The translations under genes were made by a program, and so were the position numbers. From contig CAWJLW010000006.1 of NCBI GenBank assembly GCA_963843795.1, positions 496,001 to 560,000 on the forward strand: a stretch of 64,000 nt of DNA, in the 5' to 3' direction. Positions 62,319 to 64,000 of this stretch are shown here, in pieces; the stretch's first letter is position 1; each line of letters starts with the position of its first letter. Source of the stretch: an uncultured bacterium (GTDB lineage Bacteria > Armatimonadota > Abditibacteriia > Abditibacteriales > Abditibacteriaceae). The notes under the pieces are model-generated. The model saw only the letters and a program-made list of their open reading frames with translations, did no database searches and had not been told where the DNA came from.

Positions 62319-63581
62319 TTAGCGCTTACGCTGCACGAACAATAAGAGCAATCCGAAAAGCAGTAGCCAGACGATGGCGCGTCGCCGTGCGCGGCGCGGC
62401 GCGTTGTCTTGAATATGTCGATAAAGCGCTTGCACTTTGCGCGTGGTGTTCTGAATGGTGAAATGTTCGCGCACCCGCTTTTGCCCCATTTGCCCCATTT
62501 CGAGCGCGCGTTCAGGATGTTGCAAAAGCCACAAAAGCGCTTCGGCCATCGCGTTCGAATCGCCCATCGGCACCAGCAAGCCGGTTTCGTTTTCCTTGAT
62601 AATTTCTACCACGCCCCCACCGCGCGTCGCGACCACCGGTTTAGCTGCCGCCATGCCTTCCATCACGACCTGACCAAAGGGTTCGCCAATTGTCGAAGCG
62701 TGGGCCAGAATGTCCAAGTCCGCAATTAAACCTGGCACATCGTCTCGAAAGCCCAGCCATTCCAATCTGTCGTCCAGTTTCAATTCGCTGGCCAGTGCCC
62801 TCACTTCGCGTTCGTAGTTGTCTTCGCCAAACATCGCCGAACCGATAATTTGAAAGCGTACCTGCGGCCATTGTTCGCGCACCTTTGCGGCAGCGCGAAT
62901 GAAAACATCCTGACCTTTCCACGGACTGATGCGTCCGACCAAACCGATCAGCGGCTCGTTTTCCAAGCGTTGGCGCGCGATTCCGCGAGGCTCGACGAAA
63001 CCGTCATGCACTACGCGCGTGCTACTGTCGCTTGGCAATTCTAGTGCATCGAGAGTCGCCTGGGAATTGACGATGAGATACTGAGGCACCAGGCGGCACG
63101 CCAATCGAAACAGGGCCGCGGCTCGCGGCGGCAGATAATCGTCGGCGATGCGGTCTCGAACGTGCCACACGATGGGAACGCTGGCCAATCGTCCGGCCAA
63201 TCCGCCCAAAACATCGGCTTTAAGTGAATTGGTGTGCAAAATTTGAGCGCCGCGCCGATGCAGAAACCAAGACAGTCGGATGACGTAACTTAGCGCGTTC
63301 AAAGCTTGTTTCAACCGTAAGCCCATGGAACCATCGAGCGTATCTTTGCGGGTTTGTGAGATCTGCTCGTCAAGAGGCAAGATGTGAGTTTCGATGTTTG
63401 CCGCGCGCAGTTGGCTTGCTAAATCGCCTTCTTCGCCCAGCACAACAACCGGCGTGTAAAGCGCTGTGTCGATGTGGCTTACCATGTTGAGCAGTGAAAT
63501 TTCGCCTCCACCCAGTTTGGCGGTGTGATCGAAATAAACGATTATCGTGGGTTTTGAGGATTGGGAAGTTCGAGAAAACAT
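62319..63581 (-). CDS. GT4 glycosyltransferase with C-terminal TM
   Basis: GGGE, GRISPWKGQ, EPFGQVVMEGMA. Confidence 0.92.
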   Translation of the reverse strand: MFSRTSQSSKPTIIVYFDHTAKLGGGEISLLNMVSHIDTALYTPVVVLGEEGDLASQLRAANIETHILPLDEQISQTRKDTLDGSMGLRLKQALNALSYVIRLSWFLHRRGAQILHTNSLKADVLGGLAGRLASVPIVWHVRDRIADDYLPPRAAALFRLACRLVPQYLIVNSQATLDALELPSDSSTRVVHDGFVEPRGIARQRLENEPLIGLVGRISPWKGQDVFIRAAAKVREQWPQVRFQIIGSAMFGEDNYEREVRALASELKLDDRLEWLGFRDDVPGLIADLDILAHASTIGEPFGQVVMEGMAAAKPVVATRGGGVVEIIKENETGLLVPMGDSNAMAEALLWLLQHPERALEMGQMGQKRVREHFTIQNTTRKVQALYRHIQDNAPRRARRRAIVWLLLFGLLLLFVQRKR

Positions 63582-63806
63582 GGCGGTGAAAAAGTGCGCT
63601 CTTATCTGATGAAATTTAAGTGAGTTCCTCATTAAGTCGTGCGAAATTGTGGTTCTGCTTATAACATTTTCTATGCCTTGCTAAAGTCTAATCACACGCG
63701 ATATTCTAATATCTCTAACGGGACACGGCGATTTGCGCACTGTGTCCGGCACCAAAACAGACCGCAAGTACTTGCAGCGCCCCGACCTCAACTTCGAAAT
63801 CATTTC

Positions 63807-64000
63807 ATGAGTTCCCTCGAAACCCCACCCGCACCTCCGCTTGATACCGCTCTTGAGGAAAGTGCTATTGACACCGAAAAAAGTGCGGCCGAAAATATCG
63901 CTGAGCCAGAGGTGGCCGAATCTGCAGCAGTAGAAATTCAGCCGCCGTCGTTATCGAACAAAGTTTATTCGGGTGTTGGTTGGACAACTTTAGGTTCTTT
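63807..64000 (+). CDS. Probable Wzx-type polysaccharide flippase, 5' part
   Basis: MSSLETPP...SLSNKVYSGVGWTTLGS resembles the N-terminal L..K..SG..W motif of this family; truncated by window end. Confidence 0.55.
   Translation, partial: MSSLETPPAPPLDTALEESAIDTEKSAAENIAEPEVAESAAVEIQPPSLSNKVYSGVGWTTLGS

Overview
Bacterial chromosomal window in three parts. (1) 1-26.3 kb: housekeeping backbone (YyaL-like, esterase, AAA ATPase, pepF, alkA-family, tRNA-Leu/secG, larB/larC, rsmI, dedA, SPFH pair, ECF sigma) ending in a rhodanese/TauE/MBL/SoxB-like/DsrE sulfur operon. (2) 26,342-44,983: an 18.6-kb island integrated at tRNA-Ala(CGC), bounded by 46-bp att repeats. It carries a tyrosine integrase, XRE repressor, AEP-type primase/Rep with 21-bp repeats, IS3 elements, an EcoEI-like type I RM operon with an embedded Schlafen(AlbA_2) gene whose N-terminus looks ATP12-like, ArdC and HNH genes. 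(3) 45.1-64 kb: an exopolysaccharide locus (wzc, wza-like, rmlB, two GT4s, start of a flippase) enclosing a complete lasso-peptide cluster (B1, B2, C, four precursor-like ORFs, HPr-kinase-like, ABC exporter, nucleotidyltransferase). A 12-bp palindrome GCAAGTACTTGC occurs at least 25 times (manual count) in genes and intergenic hairpins of the backbone, with no exact copy found in the island. Clustered frameshifts and a 289-nt poly-A run suggest local assembly errors. All family calls come from motif recognition by eye, not database searches.
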